A DNA stretch of 24,000 nucleotides from Candidatus Caldarchaeales archaeon (GTDB lineage Archaea; Thermoproteota; Nitrososphaeria_A; Caldarchaeales; Wolframiiraptoraceae). Under the pieces are notes generated by a model that made no database searches, was not told where the DNA came from, and saw nothing but the letters and a program-made list of their open reading frames with translations. The DNA lies in contig JBCNVN010000017.1 in the NCBI GenBank assembly GCA_039630055.1, positions 1 to 24,000 of the forward strand. The letters run 5' to 3'. A program made the position numbers and the translations under genes. Below, piece after piece: positions 1-9,175 of this stretch (its first letter is position 1; each line of letters opens with the position of its first letter).

Positions 1-1
1 T

Positions 2-442
2 AGAAAGTTTGGAAAATCTGATGTAAACATAGTTGAGAGGCTTGCAAACATGTTTATGAAGCCTGGGAGGAACGGCGGTAAGAAGACTAAAGGATTGAAG
101 ATCGTTAAGAATGCATTCGAGATAATCCATCTAAAGACAGGTAAAAATCCGTTAGAGGTCTTAGTGAGAGCTCTCGAGAATTCTGCTCCGAGAGAAGATA
201 CAACAAAACTTGTCTATGGAGGTATACTCTATCTTAAAGCAGTCGATATATCTCCTCAGAGAAGATTAGACCTAGCTTTAAGATATATCTCTCAAGCGAG
301 TAGAGAGGCTTCTTTCAGAAGTAGGAAGAAGGTTGAAGAAGCATTAGCTGAAGAGATAATACTAGCCGCAGAGAATGATAGTAAGAGCTATTCTATAAGA
401 AAGAAGGTCGAGCTTGAAAGAATGGCATATGCATCTCGCTAA
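2..442 (+). CDS. rps7: 30S ribosomal protein S7 (uS7), archaeal type, 5'-truncated by window edge
   Basis: The frame is open upstream of the listed ATG at 50 (RKFGKSDVNIVERLANMFM...). It continues NGGKKTKGLKIVKNAFEIIHLKTGKNPLEVLVRALENSAPREDTTKLVYGG...VDISPQRRLDLALR...EEIILAAENDSKSYSIRKKVELERMA, the archaeal uS7 signature. Confidence 0.96.
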   Translation, partial: RKFGKSDVNIVERLANMFMKPGRNGGKKTKGLKIVKNAFEIIHLKTGKNPLEVLVRALENSAPREDTTKLVYGGILYLKAVDISPQRRLDLALRYISQASREASFRSRKKVEEALAEEIILAAENDSKSYSIRKKVELERMAYASR

Positions 443-746
443 ATCTCATCAACCATATCCAGCTATCTAACCTATAGACGAGAAGGATCATGATGAAACT
501 TGAGAGATAGAAGAAAATAGAAAAATATATCTTGAGAATCCTCGTTTATAGAATGTCTAAGGATAGCTACTAGATAGAGTGTATCAGTAGTATGACCACT
601 ATTAATGGCTTGCTGAGTATCTCTACTATAGGATTGTCAAGCCTTTTAGAGATCTCTCCACGTCTAACAGACTCTAGGATGCTCTCGTATACTCTATCTA
701 AAACTTCTTTTGGAACTATCCCCAATGATCTAACAAAGATAAAGAC

Positions 747-1094
747 TTTACTTGATGGCTTCATAAGGAAGTAGGGCTGCTTGGGAGAATCCTTCCATTA
801 GATTCAGAATCGATACTATTTACATCAGTCCTAATCTTAGTTGGCATGAATGGATGGCCTCTAATCATAATATCATTCTTTAACTCAATCTTAAAAACAG
901 AATACGTTGGGTTAGCACAGACCATTACAGGTATGAGCAGGATGATAATTGGGGTTCCACTGGTCTATCTAGGCTTAGACTTTTATGGTGTAATGGTTGG
1001 ATACGTCACAGCCGCTTTAATATCTGACATCATATACATTCTATGGTCTAGCCCGAGAAAAAGTAGAGCTATTGCTATGTCTATTATTGAATAG
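747..1094 (+). pseudogene. Possible remnant of a polysaccharide flippase (Wzx/MATE-like) C-terminal region
   Basis: The frame of ORF 846..1094 is open back to about 747 (HKEVGLLGRILPLDSESILFTSVLILVGMNGWPLIIISFFNSILKTEYVGLAQTITGMSRMIIGVPLVYLGLDFYGVMVGYVTAALISDIIYI). It resembles TM segments of oligosaccharide flippases. There is no plausible N-terminal half, and a stop precedes it. Confidence 0.35.
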
Positions 1095-1378
1095 GAAGAT
1101 TAAGGAAGATTAAGGATGAGTAGAAGTATCTGCCTAATGCTGATTTATCTCTACGCGCATATTCTTTTCCTAGAGATCGCATGATGCCCTCATCTCTTTT
1201 CAAAGACTCCAACATCAGAACCAGACCTATAAGCCTTCAAAATTTTAAGCGAGATCATAAAATGAATCTTACAATATTAAGATTGTAGAGTAGCATAGAT
1301 ATTGGATCATCTGACAAGGATATTTGATTTCTTGAAATATATTTTAGATTATGTATTGTGATATAGTCTAAGGATGTT

Positions 1379-1708
1379 TTAGGCGGCTCCAAGTATGAAG
1401 AATGATATAACGATTCCATAGATCGCTAAAGCCTCTGCGAAAGCAGAGATGATTATCGCAACAGTCCTTATCTCTGGCCTTTCAGCAGATGCAGCGAGAC
1501 CTGCTGAACCTGCACGTGAGATAGCCCATCCAGCGGATATTACGGCTGAAGTGAATGCCGCTGCAGCGGCCAAGACTTTTGCAGCAAAATCAGATACTGG
1601 AGCTTCTTGTGATAATCTGAAGGACTCTGCATAGGCTGGTGAGGTTGAAAGAGAGATTAGGAGCAGGATAGTTAATGATAATAGTATACTTCTCTCCATA
1701 ACCATCAA
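1379..1708 (-). CDS. atpK: A/V-type ATP synthase subunit K (proteolipid c subunit) with N-terminal signal-like segment
   Basis: 109 aa. The C-terminal hairpin SAGWAISRAGSAGLAASAERPEIRTVAIIISAFAEALAIYGIVISFFILG has the ERPE loop and the AEALAIYG carboxylate helix typical of K/c subunits. Confidence 0.85.
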   Translation of the reverse strand: MMVMERSILLSLTILLLISLSTSPAYAESFRLSQEAPVSDFAAKVLAAAAAFTSAVISAGWAISRAGSAGLAASAERPEIRTVAIIISAFAEALAIYGIVISFFILGAA

Positions 1709-1827
1709 CCTGACTGGATTCTTATAGTTGTCTCCAATATTTATCTATTCTTACTGTATATTTGGAGTCCATCCAATATTAGTATACTTTGAAAAGTATT
1801 TGGATAAGGATCTTCTCTAATCTGTCC

Positions 1828-1843
1828 AGATGATCAATCATCT
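1828..1843. repeat. Inverted repeat AGATGAT-CA-ATCATCT
   Basis: Perfect 7-bp arms with a 2-nt spacer, about 120 nt upstream of the atpK start codon. Confidence 0.4.
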
Positions 1844-2035
1844 AAAGATTATTCAAAGATGTCTTCTCTATATCGGAGAATAAGAATCAATTTAAGGTCT
1901 TCCAAATAGATGAAACCTCGACTCTTGAAATCCTCTACATTAACTCTACTCTCCTAAAATACATTTTATGTTTTAACGTTAAAACCTGTTTTACAGATAA
2001 TGTTAAAGGATTTTTAATGGTTGGAGAAGATGAGT

Positions 2036-2120
2036 CGCGGCGGGCGGGATTTGAACCCGCGCGGCCACATAGGCCAGTGGCTTAGCAGGCCACCCCCCTA
2101 CCGGGCTAGGGAACCGCCGC
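2036..2120 (-). tRNA. tRNA-Ser(GCT)
   Basis: Reverse complement has acceptor GCGGCGG/CCGCCGC, anticodon arm GTGGC-CTGCTAA-GCCAC, long variable arm GGCC-TATGT-GGCC, and T arm GCGGG-TTCAAAT-CCCGC. This is class II with anticodon GCT. Confidence 0.93.
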
Positions 2121-2681
2121 ATCAACCCTCCAACACAATTCTTTCTCCCTACATATATTATTATCTCTATACTATTTATTAGGTTATGCTATATTATTCC
2201 ATAAATCTTCTCTTAGTATATGTTTTCTTATAGATGATCGTTAGGTTCTGGTTGCCGATGGCTATACTATTTTATATTTTGATGAAATTAGAAGAATATT
2301 TGACATGCTATATCATGTATTGGCTCAGAATGTGTTGGTGAATCGGATGAAATAGAGAAGTACAGGAGAGATAATAGAAATGTTGATGATATTCAAGTTG
2401 CTTAAGTCTATGGAGCCTATGTAAGTGTAGAGATAACGTCAGTCCAAGCAGATTCAACCTTATCCAATAATGTGGACGTATCAGTCTCTTCACCATATGC
2501 TTATAGATCGATTATTTGAACTACTAGAGAAGATACAGCCCTCATATACTCAAAGATAATAGTCTTTACATAGTTCTTTATTCATGGCCCATCTCTTAGA
2601 AAAATCTCTGATTCTAGGTCAATATTATCAGAATATAATCTATAGATATCAAGTGGTATTCACAGACTTGCATCTTCTCAA

Positions 2682-3716
2682 CTAGTCAGCCAATCTTCTT
2701 AATTCTTCAGGTCTGAATACTCCTTTCTCCGTAACTATGTAAGATATTAATTCTGGTGGGGTAATATCGAATGCAGGATTAACTATATGCACGTCTCTAG
2801 GAGCTATTCTAATACCATCTATGTAGAGGACTTCACTAGCGTCTCTCTCTTCTATTACTATCTCATCTACATTATGTTTGAAATCTATGCTTGAAGATGG
2901 TGCAGCTACTATAAAAGGCACCCCATAGTATCCTGCAGATATAGCATGAGTTAGGGTGCCTATCTTATTTATTACGTGGCCCGTTTTAGCGATTACTCTA
3001 TCAGCTCCAACTACGACCTTACTGATCTCTTTCCTCTGCATAAGGAAGGCGGCCATATTATCTGTAATCAATTTGAAAGGTATCTTTTCTCTAATAAGCT
3101 CCCAAGTAGTCAGCTTGGCTCCCTGAAGCCTCGGCCTAGTCTCCGAGACATATACCATTATCTTCTTACCTTGAGCATATGCCGTTCTAACTACTCCTAG
3201 AGCGGTACCATAACCAGCTGTTGCGAGGGCGCCTGCATTACAGTGGGTCAGTATCCTATCTCCATCCTCTATCAGTCTCGAACCATTCTCTCCAATCTTC
3301 TTATTCATCTCAATATCTTCTTCAGCTATTTTTAATGCTTCACTTAGAACATCTTTCTTTAATCTCTCTCCAGATGGAGATGCTCTAGCAACCTCAATTA
3401 TCCTATCTACTGCCCAGAAAAGGTTTACCGCTGTGGGTCTTGTAGATCTAATTACTTCTCCAGCCTTCTCTAATCTACGTAACAAGGCTTCTTTATTGTT
3501 AGTCTTAGTGTTTACCACCGATAATGCTAGCCCCATCGCTGCTGCAACGCCTATAGCTGGCGCACCTCTAATAGCCATACTCTTAATCGCTTTAGCCACC
3601 TCTCTGTAATCTCTTATCTTAAGATACTTGACTTTATTGGGTAGAAGCCGTTGATCGATGATTGTGACTGTGCCCTTATCCCACCAGATCGTTCTAAACT
3701 CTCTCTCCATATACAC
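2682..3716 (-). CDS. mtnA: S-methyl-5-thioribose-1-phosphate isomerase (MtnA, aIF2B-related)
   Basis: MAIRGAPAIGVAAAMGLAL, THCNAGALATAGYGTALGV, VVGADRV...NKIGT, IEERDASEV...RIAPRDVHIVNPAFDITPPELI and ITEKGV-type motifs. Confidence 0.9.
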   Translation of the reverse strand: MYMEREFRTIWWDKGTVTIIDQRLLPNKVKYLKIRDYREVAKAIKSMAIRGAPAIGVAAAMGLALSVVNTKTNNKEALLRRLEKAGEVIRSTRPTAVNLFWAVDRIIEVARASPSGERLKKDVLSEALKIAEEDIEMNKKIGENGSRLIEDGDRILTHCNAGALATAGYGTALGVVRTAYAQGKKIMVYVSETRPRLQGAKLTTWELIREKIPFKLITDNMAAFLMQRKEISKVVVGADRVIAKTGHVINKIGTLTHAISAGYYGVPFIVAAPSSSIDFKHNVDEIVIEERDASEVLYIDGIRIAPRDVHIVNPAFDITPPELISYIVTEKGVFRPEELRRLAD

Positions 3717-3816
3717 TCACTCTAACATTGAGTTACCATCTAGGAAATAACTTTTTACATATTACAATTTTTAAACATTTCAGTAGTAGACTCTCTAAAA
3801 TCTTATCCTAACTAGA

Positions 3817-4782
3817 CTATATATCTTTGAGATCTATGTGGACTACTCTATTCTTTTGGATCGACTCTAAAATAGATTCAGCTATTGCAACAGCTTTCAT
3901 ACCATCGATCTCATCCGGTGAAGGTTTAACATTATTTCTCAAACACTCAACGAAACTTGTCAACTCTATTTTTAATGGTTCTTCATACTTCATTATAGGC
4001 TCAGTAACCATCTCTGCCTTCTCAATTACTATCTGCTGAGTTAGGAACTGTATAGTGATTACTCCACTAGACCCTGTGATAAACATCTCTCTCTTCTTTC
4101 TCGGCGTCAGCCAGTTAGCCTCGATGAAAGCCATCTCCTCTTCTTCTCCAAACGATATTATCGCTTGTACATGGTCTTCTAATCTACTATGTTTTTGCCT
4201 TCCCCCTCTAGCATAAACAGATGTAGGCTCGTGGCAGAAGATATATCTCGCCAAGTCTATATCATGTATCGCAGTATCTTTAACCACGCCTACATCTCCG
4301 ATCCTTTCAGGCCACCATCCAATCCTCCTACTATGCGTAACGATTACATCTCCAATCTCTCCACCATTGAGTAATTCTTTCGCTTTCCTAACAGCTGGAT
4401 TAAACCTCTCTATAAAGCCTACCATAACTTTTTTACCACTAGACTTTACAGCATCGACAATCTTAAAACACTCTTCTATAGTTGATGCTAGAGGCTTCTC
4501 AACCAAAACATTTACACCTGCTTCAAGAGATTTTATGGTCAGCTCTGAATGGGTTACTGATGGGGTGCATATCGAGACAGCGTCCAGCTCATGTCTTCTT
4601 AGGACATCATCCAGGCTAGAATAAAAATTTTTAATATTGTATTTAGATGCTACCTGTTTCGCCCGCTCATAATCTATATCGCAGACGGCCTCTATCTGTA
4701 CATCGGAGATTTCAGAGAATACTCTTACATGATTTCTACCCCAGAAGCCTACACCGATAACCCCGATCTTTAATGGATACAA
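3817..4782 (-). CDS. Gfo/Idh/MocA family NAD(P)-dependent sugar oxidoreductase
   Basis: IGVIGVGFWGRNHVRVF Rossmann motif, EKPLAST motif, IHDIDLARYI. Located in a glycan gene context. Confidence 0.88.
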   Translation of the reverse strand: MYPLKIGVIGVGFWGRNHVRVFSEISDVQIEAVCDIDYERAKQVASKYNIKNFYSSLDDVLRRHELDAVSICTPSVTHSELTIKSLEAGVNVLVEKPLASTIEECFKIVDAVKSSGKKVMVGFIERFNPAVRKAKELLNGGEIGDVIVTHSRRIGWWPERIGDVGVVKDTAIHDIDLARYIFCHEPTSVYARGGRQKHSRLEDHVQAIISFGEEEEMAFIEANWLTPRKKREMFITGSSGVITIQFLTQQIVIEKAEMVTEPIMKYEEPLKIELTSFVECLRNNVKPSPDEIDGMKAVAIAESILESIQKNRVVHIDLKDI

Positions 4783-4833
4783 GATCCTCCGACCCCAAAA
4801 TCCTAGAACGCTACGTAAATTTTAGTTTAGAAA

Positions 4834-5073
4834 TTATTCTTTAAGCATTAATCTGTAGAACCATCTCTTTGTTAATTCATACCATCCATAGACCCATAAA
4901 GCTATTACCGTGACTCCAAGAGTGACTCTAATCAATCCTAGAATAGGTTCTCCATCTGCATACTCTATCACGGGAAATAATGTATATGCGAGTATGAATG
5001 TTACCGTTAAGAATCCTGCCCATACAATCGTTAAAAGGATGGCGGTCATCAAAGTATTTTTTAGCAGAGACAT
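4834..5073 (-). CDS. Hypothetical small membrane protein (two predicted TM segments)
   Basis: 79-aa ORF packed between the GT4-like gene and the oxidoreductase on the same strand, with two hydrophobic stretches. Confidence 0.6.
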   Translation of the reverse strand: MSLLKNTLMTAILLTIVWAGFLTVTFILAYTLFPVIEYADGEPILGLIRVTLGVTVIALWVYGWYELTKRWFYRLMLKE

Positions 5074-5080
5074 GAATTTC

Positions 5081-6058
5081 TCACCTCATGAAGGCCAAAT
5101 CCGTCAAGACTGCGAGGAATGCAGAGTAAAATGACAAGATGCTTATCGATTTTACCAAGTTATCTTCTCTAGCCTTGATATTTGCTGATAGAATCCTAAC
5201 CAGTGTTAGGGGTGCTTTATGGTCTGAGTTAGCAGAGATCATCCCATCTTGAATAATAATAGGTCTCGAGTCGTAATTTTTCGCCGACTTCAATCCACGC
5301 ATAGAAAATATAACATGCATCTCGTTCATAATGTGTGGGAGAAGAGCAATTATAGCGGCCACCTCTACTCTACCGATTATGGCCGTTGAGGCCATGACCG
5401 CTCCGATGAGGAGGCTTCCAGAATTGCCGGCAAATATTCTTGCTGGATACCTATTATAGATCGTAAAGGCTGTTAGAGAAGCCAACATGATTACAGATAC
5501 CAGTAGAGGAAACTCTGATTGATGGAGAAGAGATATAATAAATATGGCTGTGAAGAATGCTATCGATGTAAAGGATATCGACCCATTCAATACATCAATA
5601 CTATTAACTGCGTTACATACAATTGGAAAACTTGCTATAGCCAATACTGGATAGATCTTCGTCAATCTTGTAGCACCGATGAATGGTAGCTCGGGTCGAG
5701 GAGAATAGGTAGAGAATAAGAGGATGGGGATACCTGCGGATAAAAGAAAGATGGGTTTAGCCTTAGGATTGATCTCTACTTTAAGGTCTTCTATCAAACC
5801 TATAATCCACGCTATAGCTGAAGAACAAGTCAGTGCTAGAACATCTAGAGAGAGGCCTTCTAGAAAGATATAGATTGCAAGACTAGAGAATATTCCGATT
5901 ATTAAAACTATGCCCCCGGTCTTAGGTATTATCGGCCTATGAGGTTTATGGATATCCACGCCAACTAGATTTATCTTTCTCCCAATCTTGATGAAGAATG
6001 GAGTAAAAAGCATCACAGAGATGAAGGAAGCCATAAAGACTATTAAATAGATAAACAT
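5081..6058 (-). CDS. Glycosyltransferase family 4 / MraY-WecA-GPT-like phospho-GlcNAc transferase
   Basis: Polytopic protein with HKPHRPIIPKTGGI, IGLIEDL (DD-like motif region), NAVNSIDVLNG, NRYPARIFAGNSGSLLIGA, and ALLPHIMNEMHVIFS. These are conserved motifs of the archaeal/eukaryotic GPT branch. Confidence 0.85.
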   Translation of the reverse strand: MFIYLIVFMASFISVMLFTPFFIKIGRKINLVGVDIHKPHRPIIPKTGGIVLIIGIFSSLAIYIFLEGLSLDVLALTCSSAIAWIIGLIEDLKVEINPKAKPIFLLSAGIPILLFSTYSPRPELPFIGATRLTKIYPVLAIASFPIVCNAVNSIDVLNGSISFTSIAFFTAIFIISLLHQSEFPLLVSVIMLASLTAFTIYNRYPARIFAGNSGSLLIGAVMASTAIIGRVEVAAIIALLPHIMNEMHVIFSMRGLKSAKNYDSRPIIIQDGMISANSDHKAPLTLVRILSANIKAREDNLVKSISILSFYSAFLAVLTDLAFMR

Positions 6059-6208
6059 ATCCGCTCTCCCAAACCTCCATCAATCCTACTTTAAAGTATT
6101 ATTATTCTAGTATCTTAGAGGATCGATTCTAAAAATTCTAAATCTGTGAGGTGGATCAATGATAGATAAAGAAGACGAAAAACATTATAATAGAATCTAT
6201 TTAGAGTT

Positions 6209-7285
6209 ATGAAGATGAAGGTCTGGCTCGATATACTGACTCCGAAGCAGCTCTTCTTCTTCACATCCATTGCAAAGATATTGAGGAAGGAGGGTTTTGA
6301 ATTATTTCTATCAGCTCGAAGATATGAACAGCTGGATGGACTTATCAAAGAGTTCTTCTCAGATTGGAAGATAGAGATCTTTGGTAGATTCGGTGGCTAC
6401 AGTTTATATGAGAAGCTGAGAGCAAGCAGTGAGAGGCTCAACCTCTTGATAGATAATGCTCCTCTTAAAGAAGTAGATTTGGTAGCTTCAAGTGGGTCTG
6501 TAGAAGCATCTAGAATAGCTTATGGTCTCCAGATACCCCATATACTGGTCTCAGATTCTCCTCATTCTCCAGTAAATCTTCTCACCGCCCCGGTCTCAAA
6601 ACTTGTTCTAACACCTTGGGTCATAGATAAAAAAGAGTGGATAAAGTATGGTGTAAAATCTTCTATGGTCAAGAGGTATCGAGCACTCGATCCATACTTC
6701 TGGCTTAGAGACTTTAAGCCTGATAAGACTATCCTAGAAAGATTAGGAGTAGATAGTGGATATGTCTTGATTAGACTTCCAGAGTCTGCTGCTTCTTATC
6801 TTAGAATAGATGATAGAGAATATGTTAAGATCTTAACCAAGTTTCTAGATATTGTCAAGGTTTACGGGTTCAGAACTTTGGTTATGGCAAGATATAGAGA
6901 GCAGATAGAACTTGTAGAGAAGGTCATTAAAAATTATGATGTGATCTTGGTTGATAAGCCTGTAATCGGGAGTAACCTGATTTACTATTCTAGGATATTT
7001 ATCGGTGGTGGAGGAACCATGAGTCAGGAGGCCGCACTCCTAGGCAAACCCTGTGTATCGATCTATCCTGGAAAGCAGCCGACCATACTCAAATTCCTAT
7101 CTAGAATAGGGTTGATCAGACACTGTAGTGAGATCGACTACTCTCTCAAAGTCATAGATAATATCCTGAAAGATATTGATAGATTTCATCAAGAAGTTTA
7201 TGATAAGTCTAGAAGACTCTGGAAGCTTATGAAAGACCCTGAAGACCAGATATCTAGATGGTTTAAAGAGGCTAAGACTAAGTAA
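6209..7285 (+). CDS. DUF354 family protein (GT-B / UDP-GlcNAc 2-epimerase-like fold)
   Basis: MKVWLDILTPKQLFFF...; GRFGGYSLYEKLRAS; ISDSPH-like LVSDSPHSP; FIGGGGTMSQEAALLGKPCVSIYPGKQ. Confidence 0.8.
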   Translation: MKMKVWLDILTPKQLFFFTSIAKILRKEGFELFLSARRYEQLDGLIKEFFSDWKIEIFGRFGGYSLYEKLRASSERLNLLIDNAPLKEVDLVASSGSVEASRIAYGLQIPHILVSDSPHSPVNLLTAPVSKLVLTPWVIDKKEWIKYGVKSSMVKRYRALDPYFWLRDFKPDKTILERLGVDSGYVLIRLPESAASYLRIDDREYVKILTKFLDIVKVYGFRTLVMARYREQIELVEKVIKNYDVILVDKPVIGSNLIYYSRIFIGGGGTMSQEAALLGKPCVSIYPGKQPTILKFLSRIGLIRHCSEIDYSLKVIDNILKDIDRFHQEVYDKSRRLWKLMKDPEDQISRWFKEAKTK

Positions 7286-8885
7286 GACTTCTCCTCAAAG
7301 CCTCTAATTCTCTAACCATCTTCTCAGAATTTTTAAGAATGTTCTTATAAACATCTTCTACCTGTTTATCGAATACTTTTCTACCCATGCTTCCCGATAG
7401 ATACTTGTGCACCATCATCCATAGCTGCTCGATAGACTGCTCTATCATCTTAGAAGTATTGGTCAATATGTCTATCTTATCTGAAGCCTCTGGAACGGTC
7501 TTCTTCAGATCTATAGAGATGCTGGAGATCCTACTAATGTATTTAGAGACATCATTTCTTATCTCAAGTATTCTCGGTCTAACATATCCTTTATCAAGTA
7601 TCTTCCTACTGGTAATCAAGTCTCCTACTAGATTACATGATCTTATCAATCCCTCTACATCCTCGATCAGCTTCCTAGCCTTCTCCTCATATTCTCTTAG
7701 TGGAGGCTTAAAAACCGGTCTCAATGAATATACCAAGATTCCTACAATGAAGATTGTTAAAGATGCTCCAAGGACGTATGGGATGAATGATGATAGGCTG
7801 AGAGTACGTTTAACCTCTATCTTAAAACTCTTCGTATCCTCGGTTAGAGGTGAGAGCATACCTAATGTAAAGGTTATAGAAGTCTTCTCAGGATATATTC
7901 TTTTAACCTCTATAGGTTCGATATTTGATGAGATATACTCCATTGAGGGTAGAATCACGTTTACCCTATAATCTGGAGTACTTATGTTGAAAGGTAGATG
8001 GGGGTAGACTATTATAGAATCTTCACCTAGACTGTAAAATGTGTTCTCAGGAGGATTGAACCTGATTATTACCGTCTGGCTCTCACCTACATTTAGAACC
8101 CTTCCAAAATATACACGTAATCTTCCACTATTTTCATCATAACTGTTTGAGAGTTTTCTTAACAGGTCTTCAGTCTCGATAAGTCTTGAACCATTTGGTA
8201 GAGTAAAATCGAAACCATCGACTGTTCTTCCATCTCTTAGATTAAGCTTAACCATATATTCAGCTTGATTTGATGATAAATCTAGTCTAAGATGAATGTT
8301 GACCGGTCTAATCGAACTGATCTCTCCAATATTGAACTCCATCCGTAGATTGTTTACCTTGGTAGTATCTAGAGAAAGCTCTCCGACTGCTGTTACACCA
8401 TCTCCTCCAATCTTTATAGCCTCTGGATAGACCTCACTTATATTTGACCAATCAGGTAGAAACATTCTTAGCTTGATCTGCTTTAAATCTTCTCTTGTTA
8501 ACGGGTTCAAGGGAAACTCTAAACTAAAGCTATCAGCTCCACTCTTCCCCAATAGGTCTCCAAAGATCGTTATTAGCTTCATACTATATGATGATTGATT
8601 TGAATATACTCTGAACCAGAATGCCTCATCTTCTATATTCATCTCTACTCTGCCATCAGGCGAATAATAATCTACCAGATTTCGTAGGAGTTCTCTCGGA
8701 AATCCTATCTCTATACTTCCTCCAAGTGCTGGAAGAGTATCAATCACATAGATAAACCCATACCTATCGATCTCTATGATTCTCTCAGCTTCCTTTTCCC
8801 CTAATACTATGTTTGGATGAGACGTATACATGAAGAGAATCATTATGAAGATTATTGTAACAAGTATCTTCTTCAAATCTCTCAC
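7278..8885 (-). CDS. Uncharacterised secreted/membrane-anchored protein: signal peptide, about 400-aa beta-rich exterior region, one TM, helical cytoplasmic tail
   Basis: 535-aa ORF. N-terminus MRDLKKILVTIIFIMILFMYTSHPNIVLG; TM IPYVLGASLTIFIVGILVYSL followed by a charged helical tail. Overlaps the end of the DUF354 gene by 8 nt, tail to tail. Confidence 0.8.
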   Translation of the reverse strand: MRDLKKILVTIIFIMILFMYTSHPNIVLGEKEAERIIEIDRYGFIYVIDTLPALGGSIEIGFPRELLRNLVDYYSPDGRVEMNIEDEAFWFRVYSNQSSYSMKLITIFGDLLGKSGADSFSLEFPLNPLTREDLKQIKLRMFLPDWSNISEVYPEAIKIGGDGVTAVGELSLDTTKVNNLRMEFNIGEISSIRPVNIHLRLDLSSNQAEYMVKLNLRDGRTVDGFDFTLPNGSRLIETEDLLRKLSNSYDENSGRLRVYFGRVLNVGESQTVIIRFNPPENTFYSLGEDSIIVYPHLPFNISTPDYRVNVILPSMEYISSNIEPIEVKRIYPEKTSITFTLGMLSPLTEDTKSFKIEVKRTLSLSSFIPYVLGASLTIFIVGILVYSLRPVFKPPLREYEEKARKLIEDVEGLIRSCNLVGDLITSRKILDKGYVRPRILEIRNDVSKYISRISSISIDLKKTVPEASDKIDILTNTSKMIEQSIEQLWMMVHKYLSGSMGRKVFDKQVEDVYKNILKNSEKMVRELEALRRSLT

Positions 8886-9175
8886 CTGCTATCAAACACT
8901 AATCATTATTTAAAGCCTTCACAAGAGAGGAGAATATATGGATATCCTTCATAATCCTAGTGAGATAATGAGATGTCTCGAAGATTTAAACCTAGAATTC
9001 AGCATATACAATTAAAAATCATATTAATGTGCAACCTCTCCACATCTTCTTATTCATATCCATACTATTAATAATCATGTAGAAATCTTATCTTCAAGGA
9101 AGTTGAAGATTAAGTTAGAAGAGATAGGTACATTGTAAAATAATAAAAAGAATATAGAGACATTGATTAGATATA

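Noticed and set aside
1449-1634. Plus-strand ORF 1449..1634 (Ala-rich)
   Set aside because: Antisense shadow of the GC-rich, Ala-rich atpK gene.
2308-2496. Minus-strand ORF MVKRLIRPHYWIRLNLLG...
   Set aside because: Low-complexity His/Leu/Tyr composition in an AT-rich spacer with no recognisable motif. Scraps of coding-like sequence on the plus strand (YTILYFDEIRRIFDMLYHVLAQ, then ESDEIEKYRRDNRNVDDIQVA) are frameshifted and too short to call.
2976-3200. Plus-strand ORF 2976..3200 inside mtnA
   Set aside because: Shadow frame antisense to a well-supported gene. Composition (Leu/Ser/His rich) is not coding-like.
7765-7800. C/D box sRNA-like motif (ATGATGA ... CTGA)
   Set aside because: The boxes are only 4 nt apart and lie inside a coding sequence, so no guide region is possible.
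7387-7971. 194-aa plus-strand ORF opposite the 535-aa membrane protein
   Set aside because: The minus-strand frame is longer and has a coherent signal peptide, TM segment and coiled tail. The plus frame is Ser/Ile-rich with no domain.
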